Assembly (NCBI GenBank): GCA_021325675.1
Contig: JAJTCM010000004.1
Coordinates: forward strand, 2,794-66,793
DNA length: 64,000 nucleotides
Direction: 5' to 3'
Source of the DNA: Crocinitomicaceae bacterium
GTDB lineage: Bacteria > Bacteroidota > Bacteroidia > Flavobacteriales_D > Crocinitomicaceae
The notes beneath the pieces are model-generated. The model searched no databases, was not told the origin of the DNA, and saw only the letters and a list, made by a program, of their open reading frames with translations. Made by a program: the position numbers and the translations under genes. This document shows, in pieces, positions 48,032-57,430 of this stretch (positions are counted from its first letter, which is position 1; every line of letters starts with the position of its first letter).

Positions 48032-49084
48032 ATGAAATTCAATTCCGAATTATTGGCAGAAATCTGCAAAACACCGGGTGCTCCGGGCTTTGAACAGCGC
48101 GTGCGCGAGCTAGTTTTACGCGAGTTGGAAGGCATCGCTGACGAAATCCAGCTGGACAACATGGGTAACGTATACGCTATCAAGCGTGGAACGGAAAGCA
48201 AGCGTGTAATGATCGGCGCCCACATGGACGAAATCGGCTTTATAGTGACGCATATCGATGATAAAGGCTTTATCCGTTTTCACACATTGGGTGGATTCGA
48301 CCCGAAAACCCTGACAGCACAGCGCGTAATCATCCACGGAAAAAAAGACATTATGGGCGTGATGGCTTCCAAGCCGATCCACGTGATGACGGACGAGGAG
48401 CGTAACCGCGTGGCGAAAGTGCGCGATTATTTCATCGATACGGGCTTAACAGCTGAGGAGGTGAAGGAAATTGTGTCCATTGGCGATCCGGTGACCCGTG
48501 AGCGCGAATATATTGAAATGGGAAACTGCGTTAATTCCAAATCGCTCGATAACCGCCTGGCGGTGTTTATCCTCATTGAAGCGATGAAGAAGCTCAAAGA
48601 CCAGCCCGTTCCTTACGACGTGTACGGCGTTTTCACTGTGCAGGAAGAAGTAGGGATCCGCGGGGCAAACGTTTCCGCATTAAATATCAACCCGGATTTC
48701 GGTTTTGGTTTGGATACGACGATTGCTTTCGATTTACCGGGAGCTGCCGCTCATGAGATGATCACCAGGCTTGGCGAAGGAACAGCCATCAAAATTATGG
48801 ATGCTTCCACGATCTGCGATTACCGCATGGTAGATTACATGAAAAAGACGGCCGACAAGCACGAAATCAAATGGCAGCCTGAAATCCTCACCGCCGGCGG
48901 AACGGACACTTCCGGGATCCAGCGTATGACGCAGGGCGGATCAATTGCCGGTGCGATCTCCATTCCTACGCGCCACCTGCACCAGGTGATCGAAATGGCC
49001 CACAAAGAAGATATCAACCGGAGCATCGATTTGCTGGTAGCCTGCGTAAGCGAGCTCGATCAGTACGACTGGAGCTTTAAGTAA
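48032..49084 (+). CDS. M42-family metallo-aminopeptidase
   Basis: AHMDEIG, LDNR, VQEEVG, GGTD, IPTRHLH. Confidence 0.93.
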   Translation: MKFNSELLAEICKTPGAPGFEQRVRELVLRELEGIADEIQLDNMGNVYAIKRGTESKRVMIGAHMDEIGFIVTHIDDKGFIRFHTLGGFDPKTLTAQRVIIHGKKDIMGVMASKPIHVMTDEERNRVAKVRDYFIDTGLTAEEVKEIVSIGDPVTREREYIEMGNCVNSKSLDNRLAVFILIEAMKKLKDQPVPYDVYGVFTVQEEVGIRGANVSALNINPDFGFGLDTTIAFDLPGAAAHEMITRLGEGTAIKIMDASTICDYRMVDYMKKTADKHEIKWQPEILTAGGTDTSGIQRMTQGGSIAGAISIPTRHLHQVIEMAHKEDINRSIDLLVACVSELDQYDWSFK

Positions 49085-49212
49085 GATGTGCTAAACTCTT
49101 TTTTCCCTTGACTTGTCTTCCGGGTTAAATCTTTGTTCAATATGCATTTCATGTGGTAATGGTCCTAAAAATACCATAGGCATCTAATATTGCGTTGTAG
49201 TGGCAATACACT

Positions 49213-49251
49213 ATGAAAAAAAGCGCCCCCGTTTGGAAGCGCTTTCATTTT
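49213..49251 (-). terminator. Intrinsic terminator for the solute-binding protein gene (possibly bidirectional)
   Basis: Minus strand AAAGCGCTTCC-AAAC-GGGGGCGC followed by a T7 tract. Confidence 0.75.
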
Positions 49252-49299
49252 GCAAGCTGAGAGCTATTAAATTGTTATTATTTAGTTTTAACCGAAACC

Positions 49300-51015
49300 T
49301 TATTTTTTCGGTTCCTTTATGAAAATAGAGGAAAAATCCAGCATTTCCATAGAGTTCGTTTCAAAATTTTTCACTTTGGAATTGATCATCGTAATGAAAT
49401 CATCGTTGATCAAAGGCATGATAACCGCGTCATCGATCAGCATCTGGTCGCACTTCACGAAAAACTCGTTGCGGACTTTCGGGTTGCGTTCCTTCATGGA
49501 GCTTTTCAGCAAACGGTCGTATTCAGGTGAGTTGTATTTCACCGGGTTCATCGTTGTTGAGTTCGAACCGATATGATCGCCTGAGAAAAGGTACAGGAAA
49601 TTTTCCGGGTCCGGGTAATCGGCGATCCATCCTGATCTCCAGAATTTGGCAGTACCGTTTGAAATGGCATTATCGCGCTCGTTGATGGTGCAGAGCTTGA
49701 TATTGATGTTTACGTTCAGGTTAGCTTTCAGCTGGTCTTTTACGCCGAGCGCCAGGAGATAAATCGGGTCGCCTTTTTTGGCGTTCACATATAAATCCGT
49801 TGTCGGGAAGCCTTCTCCGTTAGCATAACCGGCATCAGCAAGCAGCTTTTGTGCCTTTTCGATGTTCAGCTTGTAGCCTTTAACGCGTTCGTTCGTGTAA
49901 GATTCGATTGCAGGAACAAAGCCATATTCGGAAGGATAGCCTTCGCCTTTGAGGTAATTGTTAACGATGTAATTGCGGTCGATGGCAATATTAAAAGCCT
50001 GGCGCACTTTGATGTTATTGAAGGGCGCAGATTGATGTGCAAAACCGAAATACGTTGTGCTGAGACTGTTTTTGGAATCAATTTTATGTTTCACCGTCAT
50101 TCCGGCCTGGGCATCTTCGAGTGAGCCCAAAACGTTTTCGATTTCATCCACCGGGATTTCAAGAACGAGGTCAATTTCCTTGTTACGGAACGCCATCAGC
50201 TCGCTTTTCTTGTTCTGGGCGTAGCTTACCGTGATTTTCTCAAGGAAAGGCAGCTGGTTGCCAAAATCGTCTTTTCTCCAGTATGTATTGTTGCGTGTCA
50301 GCACAACGTGCTTGCTGTTCCAGTCTTCGAGCTTGAACGGCCCGGTACCGACAGGATGCTTGATTACGTCGTTTTTGTACGTTTCGTAAGCTTCTCTCGG
50401 GAAAACACCAAGGCTTGAATGCGTCAGGATCTTATCGAAGCCAACAAAAGGGTCAACGAGCTCGATGGTAACCGTGTTGTCGTCAACTACTTTGATCCCT
50501 GAAACGCCGCCTTCAGGAATAGAAGACTTGCTCTTTTTGAAAAATTCTTTCGCTCCCTTGATCTTATCTACGAGCATCCAGCTCATTTCGTTGATCTTCA
50601 GTCCGCTGCACGCAAAATCAAGCGTATATTTTACATCCTCTGCAGTCAGCTCGCGGCCTGTACCGCCGGAAAAACATTCGTCGTCATGGAACATAACGCC
50701 CTCACGGATTTTCAGGGTGAATTTTTTGGCGTCCGGGCTGATTGTAAAGCTCGAAGCGATATTCGGTGTAACCTTGTTGCTTTTTAAATCAATTTTCAGG
50801 ATTGTCTCAAAAATCTGGGAAGAAACGCGCTGATTGTAAACATCGTTTGTTGCAACAGGGAAAAGGGTTGTAATTTTTTCGGACGACATGAAACGGAATT
50901 CACCGCCATACTTTGCGCCGCCGTTTGCTTTGAGCTGGGTAATATCAACTTCGTCATTGGAACAGGAAGCCAGCAAAAACAATATCGGTAAGAAATAAAA
51001 TAACTTATTGAACAT
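49300..51015 (-). CDS. ABC family-5 (peptide/nickel) solute-binding lipoprotein
   Basis: LLASC lipobox, PVGTGPF, VRQAFNIAIDR, WIADYPDPENFL; ATG 51015 is supported by TATATTTG at 51043-51050 (minus strand). Confidence 0.9.
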   Translation of the reverse strand: MFNKLFYFLPILFLLASCSNDEVDITQLKANGGAKYGGEFRFMSSEKITTLFPVATNDVYNQRVSSQIFETILKIDLKSNKVTPNIASSFTISPDAKKFTLKIREGVMFHDDECFSGGTGRELTAEDVKYTLDFACSGLKINEMSWMLVDKIKGAKEFFKKSKSSIPEGGVSGIKVVDDNTVTIELVDPFVGFDKILTHSSLGVFPREAYETYKNDVIKHPVGTGPFKLEDWNSKHVVLTRNNTYWRKDDFGNQLPFLEKITVSYAQNKKSELMAFRNKEIDLVLEIPVDEIENVLGSLEDAQAGMTVKHKIDSKNSLSTTYFGFAHQSAPFNNIKVRQAFNIAIDRNYIVNNYLKGEGYPSEYGFVPAIESYTNERVKGYKLNIEKAQKLLADAGYANGEGFPTTDLYVNAKKGDPIYLLALGVKDQLKANLNVNINIKLCTINERDNAISNGTAKFWRSGWIADYPDPENFLYLFSGDHIGSNSTTMNPVKYNSPEYDRLLKSSMKERNPKVRNEFFVKCDQMLIDDAVIMPLINDDFITMINSKVKNFETNSMEMLDFSSIFIKEPKK

Positions 51016-51176
51016 TAGGCGATGTTTTCTTTTTTTTGCGAACAAATATAATAAAATTTATTCAAAGCTGGAAAAATTGGCGGATTATTGATTTTATTGT
51101 GAAAAATCACACAAATTAAACCCAAAAAGAGGCGTTATTTTGGAGTGATTTGTAATTTCGCAGTAAAAAATTCGCC

Positions 51177-52451
51177 ATGTTGGTTTTTAAATTCGGTGGT
51201 GCTTCCGTGAAAGACGCGCCGGCAGTCAAAAATGTAGCAAAAATCCTGACTTTATTTGCTTCCCGGAAAAAATTGGTTGTGGTTTCAGCCATGGGAAAAA
51301 CGACGAACCTGCTCGAGGAAATCGTGAAAGCGCTCAAAGAGAAAAATGAGCAGAAATTTGATATGCTTGTTGATCAGTGCTACGATTTTCACCTGGAAAT
51401 CCTGAATAAGCTCTTTACCGAAAAACACTACAAGGTTTACCAGCAATTGGATACGGTTTTTGAAAAGCTGCGTGCTAAAAAGGAAGGATTTTTCTCAGAT
51501 AATTTTCATTTCGAATACGACCAGGTAGTTTCCCTCGGGGAAATTCTCAGTACGCTGATCGTGGAAGCCTACCTGCGCGAGCTCGGTGAAAAATCCGTTT
51601 GGATCGATTCCCGCAAGCTCATCCGGACAGACCATGCTTACCGCGATGCTAACGTCGACTGGAAAAAGACCGAAGAGCTGATCAAGGCGGAAATCGGGCC
51701 GCTGACGGCGCACTCGGATACTTTCATCACGCAGGGTTTTATCGGTCACACGGCCGAAGGCTTCACAACAACATTGGGCCGGGAAGGCTCGGATTATACG
51801 GCGGCCATTTTCGCTTACTGCCTGAAGGGGGAAAGCGTTACCATCTGGAAAGACGTTCCCGGCATGCTCAACGCCGATCCGAAATGGTTCGACAATACGG
51901 TGAAGCTTGACAAGATTTCTTTCAAGGAAGCGATTGAATTGTCCTATTATGGTGCAACTGTGATCCACCCGAAAACGATCAAGCCTTTGCAGAACAAGCA
52001 CATTCCGCTGTACGTAAAATCTTTTCTCGATCCGCAGGCAGAGGGAACAACCATCCAGGAATCCATGGAATACGATCACCTCGTTCCTTCGTTCATTTTC
52101 AAAATGCAGCAAGTCCTGTTTTCGATCACGCCCAAGGATTTTTCATTCATCGTGGAAGAAAACCTCAGCGATATTTTCGAGAAGCTTTCCCGCATTGGCG
52201 CAAAAATTACGTTGATGCAAAATTCAGCCCTGAGCTTTTCTTTTGCACTGGATCAAAGCAAAACTGACATTTCAGAAATCTACGATCTGTTCAAAAACGA
52301 TTACGAAGTACGCTACAACGAAAACCTGGAGCTGGTGACCATCCGCCATTACAACCAGGAAACGATTGAGCGTGTCATGGTTAACAAGGAACAAATCCTG
52401 GAGCAAAAGACCCGCCAAACGATCCGGATCCTGATGAAGGACAAGGGATAG
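51177..52451 (+). CDS. lysC: Aspartate kinase
   Basis: VFKFGGASV, VVSAMG, TTLGREGSDYTA, ADP, GATVIHPKT. Confidence 0.95.
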   Translation: MLVFKFGGASVKDAPAVKNVAKILTLFASRKKLVVVSAMGKTTNLLEEIVKALKEKNEQKFDMLVDQCYDFHLEILNKLFTEKHYKVYQQLDTVFEKLRAKKEGFFSDNFHFEYDQVVSLGEILSTLIVEAYLRELGEKSVWIDSRKLIRTDHAYRDANVDWKKTEELIKAEIGPLTAHSDTFITQGFIGHTAEGFTTTLGREGSDYTAAIFAYCLKGESVTIWKDVPGMLNADPKWFDNTVKLDKISFKEAIELSYYGATVIHPKTIKPLQNKHIPLYVKSFLDPQAEGTTIQESMEYDHLVPSFIFKMQQVLFSITPKDFSFIVEENLSDIFEKLSRIGAKITLMQNSALSFSFALDQSKTDISEIYDLFKNDYEVRYNENLELVTIRHYNQETIERVMVNKEQILEQKTRQTIRILMKDKG

Positions 52452-52455
52452 GTGG

Positions 52456-52548
52456 AATTCGAAGATTCGAAGACCTGGTAGTCAACGAATCTTCAAATGT
52501 CGCAAAGCGACGAAATCTTCACATTCACGCAGTGATAAATCTTCCGAT
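52456..52548. repeat. GATTCGAA-family inverted repeat tract between convergent genes
   Basis: AATTCGAA GATTCGAA GA, then CGAATCTTCAAAT, AAATCTTCAC, AAATCTTCCG. Confidence 0.65.
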
Positions 52549-53873
52549 CACAACAGCTCATTCGCCAGGTTAGCCAGCTCGGAACGCTCCCCTTTTTCCA
52601 GTTTCACCTGGGCAAAAAGCGGCTGGTTTTTCAGGCGGTCAATTAAGTACGCCAGGCCGCAGCTATGCTCATCCAGATATGGCGTATCAATCTGGCGCAC
52701 GTCACCGGTAAAGATGATTTTCGTGTTTTCACCTGCGCGCGTTATGATCGTTTTCACTTCATGCGGCGTGAGGTTTTGCGCTTCATCGATGATAAACAGG
52801 ATATTGGAAAGGCTTCGCCCGCGGATAAATGCCAGCGGCGTGATGATCAGCTTGCCGTTTTGCTCCATTTCATCCAGGGCCTTGCGTTTCTTCTCGTTTT
52901 CGCCAAACTGCGACTTGATGAATTTCAGGTTATCCCACAGCGGTTCCATGTACGGACCGATTTTGTCATTGGCATCACCGGGCAAAAAGCCGATTTCCTT
53001 ATTTGAAAGCGGAACGATCGGGCGCGCCAGGATGATTTGCTGGTATTGGTTATGCTGTTCAAGGGCGCTCGCCAGGGCAAGGAGTGTTTTTCCTGTTCCG
53101 GCAACACCCTGCAGGGCAACAAGCTTGATGTTCGGGTTCAGCAGCGCGTGCGTAGCGAAAGCCTGTTCGGCATTTTTGGCCTTGATCCCGTAAACAAAGG
53201 TTTTATCTACCCGGTCTATGGTGTTTTTATCGTGGTTATAAAATGCCAGGGTCGAAGCTTTGCCGTTTTTCAGGATATAATAAGCGTTGGCGAATTTTTT
53301 ATTTCCCAGCAAGCCGTTTTCTTCAATGGACTCCTTCGTGAAAATATCGCGGATCACATCGGATTCAACACCTTCAATGTTGAAATAGCTGGTGTCTTCG
53401 ATGTGATCGGTTTCCACTTTGCCGGTTTCATAATCTTCGGATTTCAATCCCAGGGCTTTGGCCTTGATCCGCAGGTTAATGTCCTTTGTAACGAGGATCA
53501 CTTCTACTTTGGGGTCGTTTTCCTTCAGGGCAAGACCGGCGTTAATGATCTTATGATCGTTTTTCCCGACAGAGAAAATATACTCGGCATTCAGCTCAAC
53601 AGGCGAATGGTCCAGGATCACTTTAAATTTCCCCAAATCCGGCCCGAGCTTTTTCCATTCGTTCAGGTCTTCATTTCCTACAAGCTTGTCAATAAAGCGG
53701 ATGACTTCGCGGGCAGAAAAGTTTTTGGTATCGTTGCCAATTTTAAATTTGTCAAGCTCTTCGAGTACGGTAATCGGTATCGCGACGTTGTTTTTTTTGA
53801 ATGTGAGCAGTGACTGATGGTCGTGTAGTAGCACCGAAGTGTCTAACACGTAGACTTTGGTATGTTTTGACAT
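52548..53873 (-). CDS. PIN-PhoH (PhoH2/YlaK-like) protein
   Basis: VLDTSVLL PIN motif, VTKDINLRIKA, GVAGTGKT, IRGRS, IIDEAQN, GDVRQID. Confidence 0.93.
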   Translation of the reverse strand: MSKHTKVYVLDTSVLLHDHQSLLTFKKNNVAIPITVLEELDKFKIGNDTKNFSAREVIRFIDKLVGNEDLNEWKKLGPDLGKFKVILDHSPVELNAEYIFSVGKNDHKIINAGLALKENDPKVEVILVTKDINLRIKAKALGLKSEDYETGKVETDHIEDTSYFNIEGVESDVIRDIFTKESIEENGLLGNKKFANAYYILKNGKASTLAFYNHDKNTIDRVDKTFVYGIKAKNAEQAFATHALLNPNIKLVALQGVAGTGKTLLALASALEQHNQYQQIILARPIVPLSNKEIGFLPGDANDKIGPYMEPLWDNLKFIKSQFGENEKKRKALDEMEQNGKLIITPLAFIRGRSLSNILFIIDEAQNLTPHEVKTIITRAGENTKIIFTGDVRQIDTPYLDEHSCGLAYLIDRLKNQPLFAQVKLEKGERSELANLANELL

Positions 53874-53961
53874 AAGCTGGTTTTTATTTCACAAGTTATC
53901 ATTATTAAACCGATATCCAAAATTATTCCTGAAAGTTTATGAATAATAAAATGTGAATTAC

Positions 53962-55080
53962 TTAGTAAAACAAGTCCAGCGCTATCCTGTCGGCGTACAG
54001 CATGCCGGTTTCAGTTAATATAAGATGCCCGTTTTTAATTTCAGCTTGCTGCTGTGATAACAATTCCTTCATCCTGCGCTCGAATTCGGAACTAAAAGGA
54101 AGAATGTTTGCCAATTGCTCCAGCTTAATTCCCCAACTTGTCCGCAGGCCGGTTAAAAGCAGCTCATTGAAGCGGTCTTTCGCTTCCAGGATTTCCCGTT
54201 CAAGAGGAAGCTCATTTTTGGCAATGCTTTGCATGTAAAGGCGGTTGTTGGCAATATTCCAGGAGCGGCTTTTCCCGTCGAAAGAATGCGCTGAAGGCCC
54301 GATGCCTAAATAGTGCTCGCCTTTCCAGTAAGCGCTGTTGTGGCGTGAAAAAAAGCCGGGTTTTCCGAAGTTCGACACTTCATACTGAACAAATCCCGCT
54401 TGTTTCAGGCTCTCCTGAAGGATTTCGAAATGTGCCGCCTGCATGTCATTCGAAGCAGGTTTGATTTGCTTGCTTTTCACCAGCTGATTGAGCGCGGTTT
54501 TCTTTTCCACGGTCAGGCAGTAGGCCGAAATATGTTTTACACCAAGCTCCAGGGCAAGGGCGAGCTGTTTTTTCCAGCGGTCGGCATCCATATCGGGCAG
54601 GCCGTAAATGAGATCAATGCTGATATTGGAAATTCCGCCTTGCTGCGCTATTTTGACTGCATCCAGGCTTTCTTTCACATTGTGGGCGCGGTTCATCCAC
54701 AGCAGGTCGGGTGCATCAAAAGACTGGATCCCGATGCTCAGGCGGTTTATTCCCATGGCTTTCCAGCCGGCTATTGTTTCCGCAGTGATATCGTCGGGGT
54801 TCGCTTCCAGTGTGATTTCAGCATCCGCCGCAACGTCGAAATTCCTTCGGGCCGACTGAAGCAGTTCTTCTAATCCTTCCATTTGCGCAATGCTGGGTGT
54901 TCCCCCGCCGAAGTAAATTGTATCAAGTGGGAAATTGAGCTCATTTTGGCGCATTTCAAGCTCCGAACGCATAGACCCGATCATTTGGGTTTCATATGCA
55001 GCAAAGCTTGTACTGAAATGAAAATCACAGTACGTACATTTTTGTTTGCAAAAAGGAATATGAAAGTAAATTCCGGCCAT
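53962..55080 (-). CDS. hemW: Radical SAM heme chaperone HemW
   Basis: YFHIPFCKQKCTYCDF, YFGGGTPS, YEVSNF, HNSAYW. Confidence 0.92.
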   Translation of the reverse strand: MAGIYFHIPFCKQKCTYCDFHFSTSFAAYETQMIGSMRSELEMRQNELNFPLDTIYFGGGTPSIAQMEGLEELLQSARRNFDVAADAEITLEANPDDITAETIAGWKAMGINRLSIGIQSFDAPDLLWMNRAHNVKESLDAVKIAQQGGISNISIDLIYGLPDMDADRWKKQLALALELGVKHISAYCLTVEKKTALNQLVKSKQIKPASNDMQAAHFEILQESLKQAGFVQYEVSNFGKPGFFSRHNSAYWKGEHYLGIGPSAHSFDGKSRSWNIANNRLYMQSIAKNELPLEREILEAKDRFNELLLTGLRTSWGIKLEQLANILPFSSEFERRMKELLSQQQAEIKNGHLILTETGMLYADRIALDLFY

Positions 55081-55087
55081 TTTTCCC

Positions 55088-55095
55088 CAAATTTA
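55088..55095 (-). promoter_or_regulatory. -7 promoter element 7 nt before the hemW ATG
   Basis: TAAATTTG on the minus strand. Confidence 0.65.
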
Positions 55096-55187
55096 GTGCA
55101 TACTTGCGGCTAAATGTTAAATAAATTAAAAAAATTGGAAAGTTAATTTATTTATTTTACTTTAGACTTAGATTATTTTCTAATACC

Positions 55188-55538
55188 ATGGACTTCAGAG
55201 CGTACCAGAAAGAGTTAAGCAAGGAATTAGACCAGTTCACAAAATTGTTGAACGAGGCCCTTCCGCGTTATACCGACCTGGTCAGAAAAATCAATATTTC
55301 CGATTCTGAGCTTGTTGAGCTTGGTGAATTAGAATATTTTCTCATTGAAGTGAACGGTAAGATCGCTGAATTAAAAAAGCAGCTGGAACATGATCTTTTC
55401 GGCCTGAGCCTGGATTTGTATTATAAGCTCAAGCAGCGCGCCAGCCAGGGTGACCTGAAAGCGGCCCGGAAGATCGTTACCATGAGGGCGGCCTTCAACA
55501 AATCCCTCCGCGGCAACAATTTAATTAACTGGAATTAA
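55188..55538 (+). CDS. Hypothetical helical protein
   Basis: 116-aa ORF filling the gap, divergent from hemW. Confidence 0.7.
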   Translation: MDFRAYQKELSKELDQFTKLLNEALPRYTDLVRKINISDSELVELGELEYFLIEVNGKIAELKKQLEHDLFGLSLDLYYKLKQRASQGDLKAARKIVTMRAAFNKSLRGNNLINWN

Positions 55539-55627
55539 TTCAGTCTTTTCTTTTTAAGTCATTTTCATTCAAATAATAAAAGAACCTGTGCATTTATCTT
55601 AGCTGAAAACCAGCAGGATTTTCTAAT

Positions 55628-55664
55628 AAAAAAACCCCGTTAGCCTGAACTAACGGGGTTTTTT
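55628..55664. terminator. Bidirectional intrinsic terminator
   Basis: A7-CCCCGTTAG-CCTGAA-CTAACGGGG-T6 between convergent genes. Confidence 0.9.
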
Positions 55665-55677
55665 GTTGTCAATTTAT

Positions 55678-57378
55678 TTAGTGATTGATCTGTACTTTTT
55701 TGATCTCAAGGGAATCATTTCCTTTCAAAACAAGGATGTAGTTTCCACCGTTGAATTTAGAAACATCAATAGCGGTGTTTTTACCGGTGATTGTCCATGT
55801 TCCAACAGTTCTTCCCAATTGGTCTTTCATCTCAGCTGTTTCAAACTGTGAATCATTCGCCTGGATGTGGATCATATTTTTTGCAGGGTTCGGGTAAACT
55901 TTCAATTCTGTCGTGTTGTTTTCAGCAACGCTTGTACTGAATGCAGAAGAAAGCTTTACACCGATAGCTGAAGCTTCGCCCCCGAAACCTAAGATGCTAA
56001 AACCATCGTCTGTTTGGATCGGGAACAATGGCTGGGCGTACTCATCCAAAACAAGGCTGTAGTCGAGACCACCGTAACCGATAAAGGTGTTTTCGTCAAA
56101 TGTTGTTACACAAAAGATATAACGCTGGTTGTCCTCAAGTACGATGTCATTTGCAAATTGACCGAACACAGTTACGAAATCCATGCTGTCTTCGTTGTAA
56201 ACGTAGCTACCTGTTGACAGCTCCTGGAAAGACTCAATTGCCGCATTCGGGTCGTTGAGGTCTGTAAAGTCATCGTCTACCTGGTAAGCAGTAACAATGA
56301 ATTCCTGGCCTAAAAGATCTGAATCTGCATTGGTTGTTGCTGCGAAGTACAATCCTTCTGCTTTAACACGGTGGGCGTTAGCGTCACGGAAGTGGATACA
56401 TGATGTGAAGTTCGTTGTTGCATCCGCAGTTCTGTAGCCCGTTGTTGAAATTGGTAAGCCATTTTCGTCAACAGGAACATAGGACAATATATCTTCTGAA
56501 ACAAAGAAATCTGTTGAGTAAGTATTGTCACTGTCGTACTCATCCGTTCCAACGAGTGTCACCGTGTAAGTGATCGTGTATTTTCCCGGAGCGTAAATAG
56601 GCTGTGTAAACATCGGCAATTCAGCAAGGATAGTATCCCCTGAAGCCATGACAGGCAAGTTGTCCTGCTCATCGTAGAGCGTAGTTCCCTCACGGGTTAC
56701 TGTAGCACGGATTGTTCCGCCTGTTTGTGAAAGGTTACCGAAGTTGTAAACCCATGCCCCAACGCGGAAAGAATATTCCGCTCCGGACTGTGCCAGGAGT
56801 GAATGCTGAGTGTTTGGGTTTGGAAGCAGCATACGGTCAGTTGTAAAACCGAGGTCGTTATCAAACAAACCGAATTTGTTGCCGATGAACACGGAAACTT
56901 CCTCGCTGTTGTTGATCGCAGCCTGGATGTTGCTTCCGTCGATCTGGCTGATCATGATTACCGGGATGGTAACGCTTGCACCATCTGCTCCCGGAGCCAT
57001 TCCAACCGGATCACCCGGTACGTTGTTCACAATGATTACCGCAACAGCACCAGCATTCTGGGCCATAAGCGATTTCGTACCGAATTCACATTCCCCGCGG
57101 AAAACCATAGCGATGTGACCTTCCATTTCCGTTGCGTTAACGAGGGCGTTGCAACCGAGTGAATCGTTTGCCGTGCCGTCATCAACAATGACGATAGTCT
57201 GGGAAACAGAGTTAACAGGATCCATTAAATCCGGGCAGCCCCAGCCTCCAGCCGGATCTGCATACGTCATCGTATAATTTCCTGCCAGGCTCGCCGGGCT
57301 CTGGATATTAAAGACGACTTGCGCTTTGGCAGCTATAATAGCCAGCCCGAAAGCGATTGAGAGTAACACTTTTTTCAT
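55678..57378 (-). CDS. PA-domain T9SS-secreted protein
   Basis: RGECEFGTKSLMAQNAGAVAVIIVNN...VTIPVIMIS PA motif; VYPNPA CTD. Confidence 0.85.
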   Translation of the reverse strand: MKKVLLSIAFGLAIIAAKAQVVFNIQSPASLAGNYTMTYADPAGGWGCPDLMDPVNSVSQTIVIVDDGTANDSLGCNALVNATEMEGHIAMVFRGECEFGTKSLMAQNAGAVAVIIVNNVPGDPVGMAPGADGASVTIPVIMISQIDGSNIQAAINNSEEVSVFIGNKFGLFDNDLGFTTDRMLLPNPNTQHSLLAQSGAEYSFRVGAWVYNFGNLSQTGGTIRATVTREGTTLYDEQDNLPVMASGDTILAELPMFTQPIYAPGKYTITYTVTLVGTDEYDSDNTYSTDFFVSEDILSYVPVDENGLPISTTGYRTADATTNFTSCIHFRDANAHRVKAEGLYFAATTNADSDLLGQEFIVTAYQVDDDFTDLNDPNAAIESFQELSTGSYVYNEDSMDFVTVFGQFANDIVLEDNQRYIFCVTTFDENTFIGYGGLDYSLVLDEYAQPLFPIQTDDGFSILGFGGEASAIGVKLSSAFSTSVAENNTTELKVYPNPAKNMIHIQANDSQFETAEMKDQLGRTVGTWTITGKNTAIDVSKFNGGNYILVLKGNDSLEIKKVQINH

Positions 57379-57430
57379 AATTATAGTTTAAGTATCACAA
57401 ATCTAATAATTTCTCATTAAAAACGGATGC

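Noticed and set aside
52548..53873. PIN-PhoH as the toxin of a TA pair
   Set aside because: No small upstream antitoxin ORF fits in the 88-nt gap to hemW; stand-alone PIN-PhoH is common.
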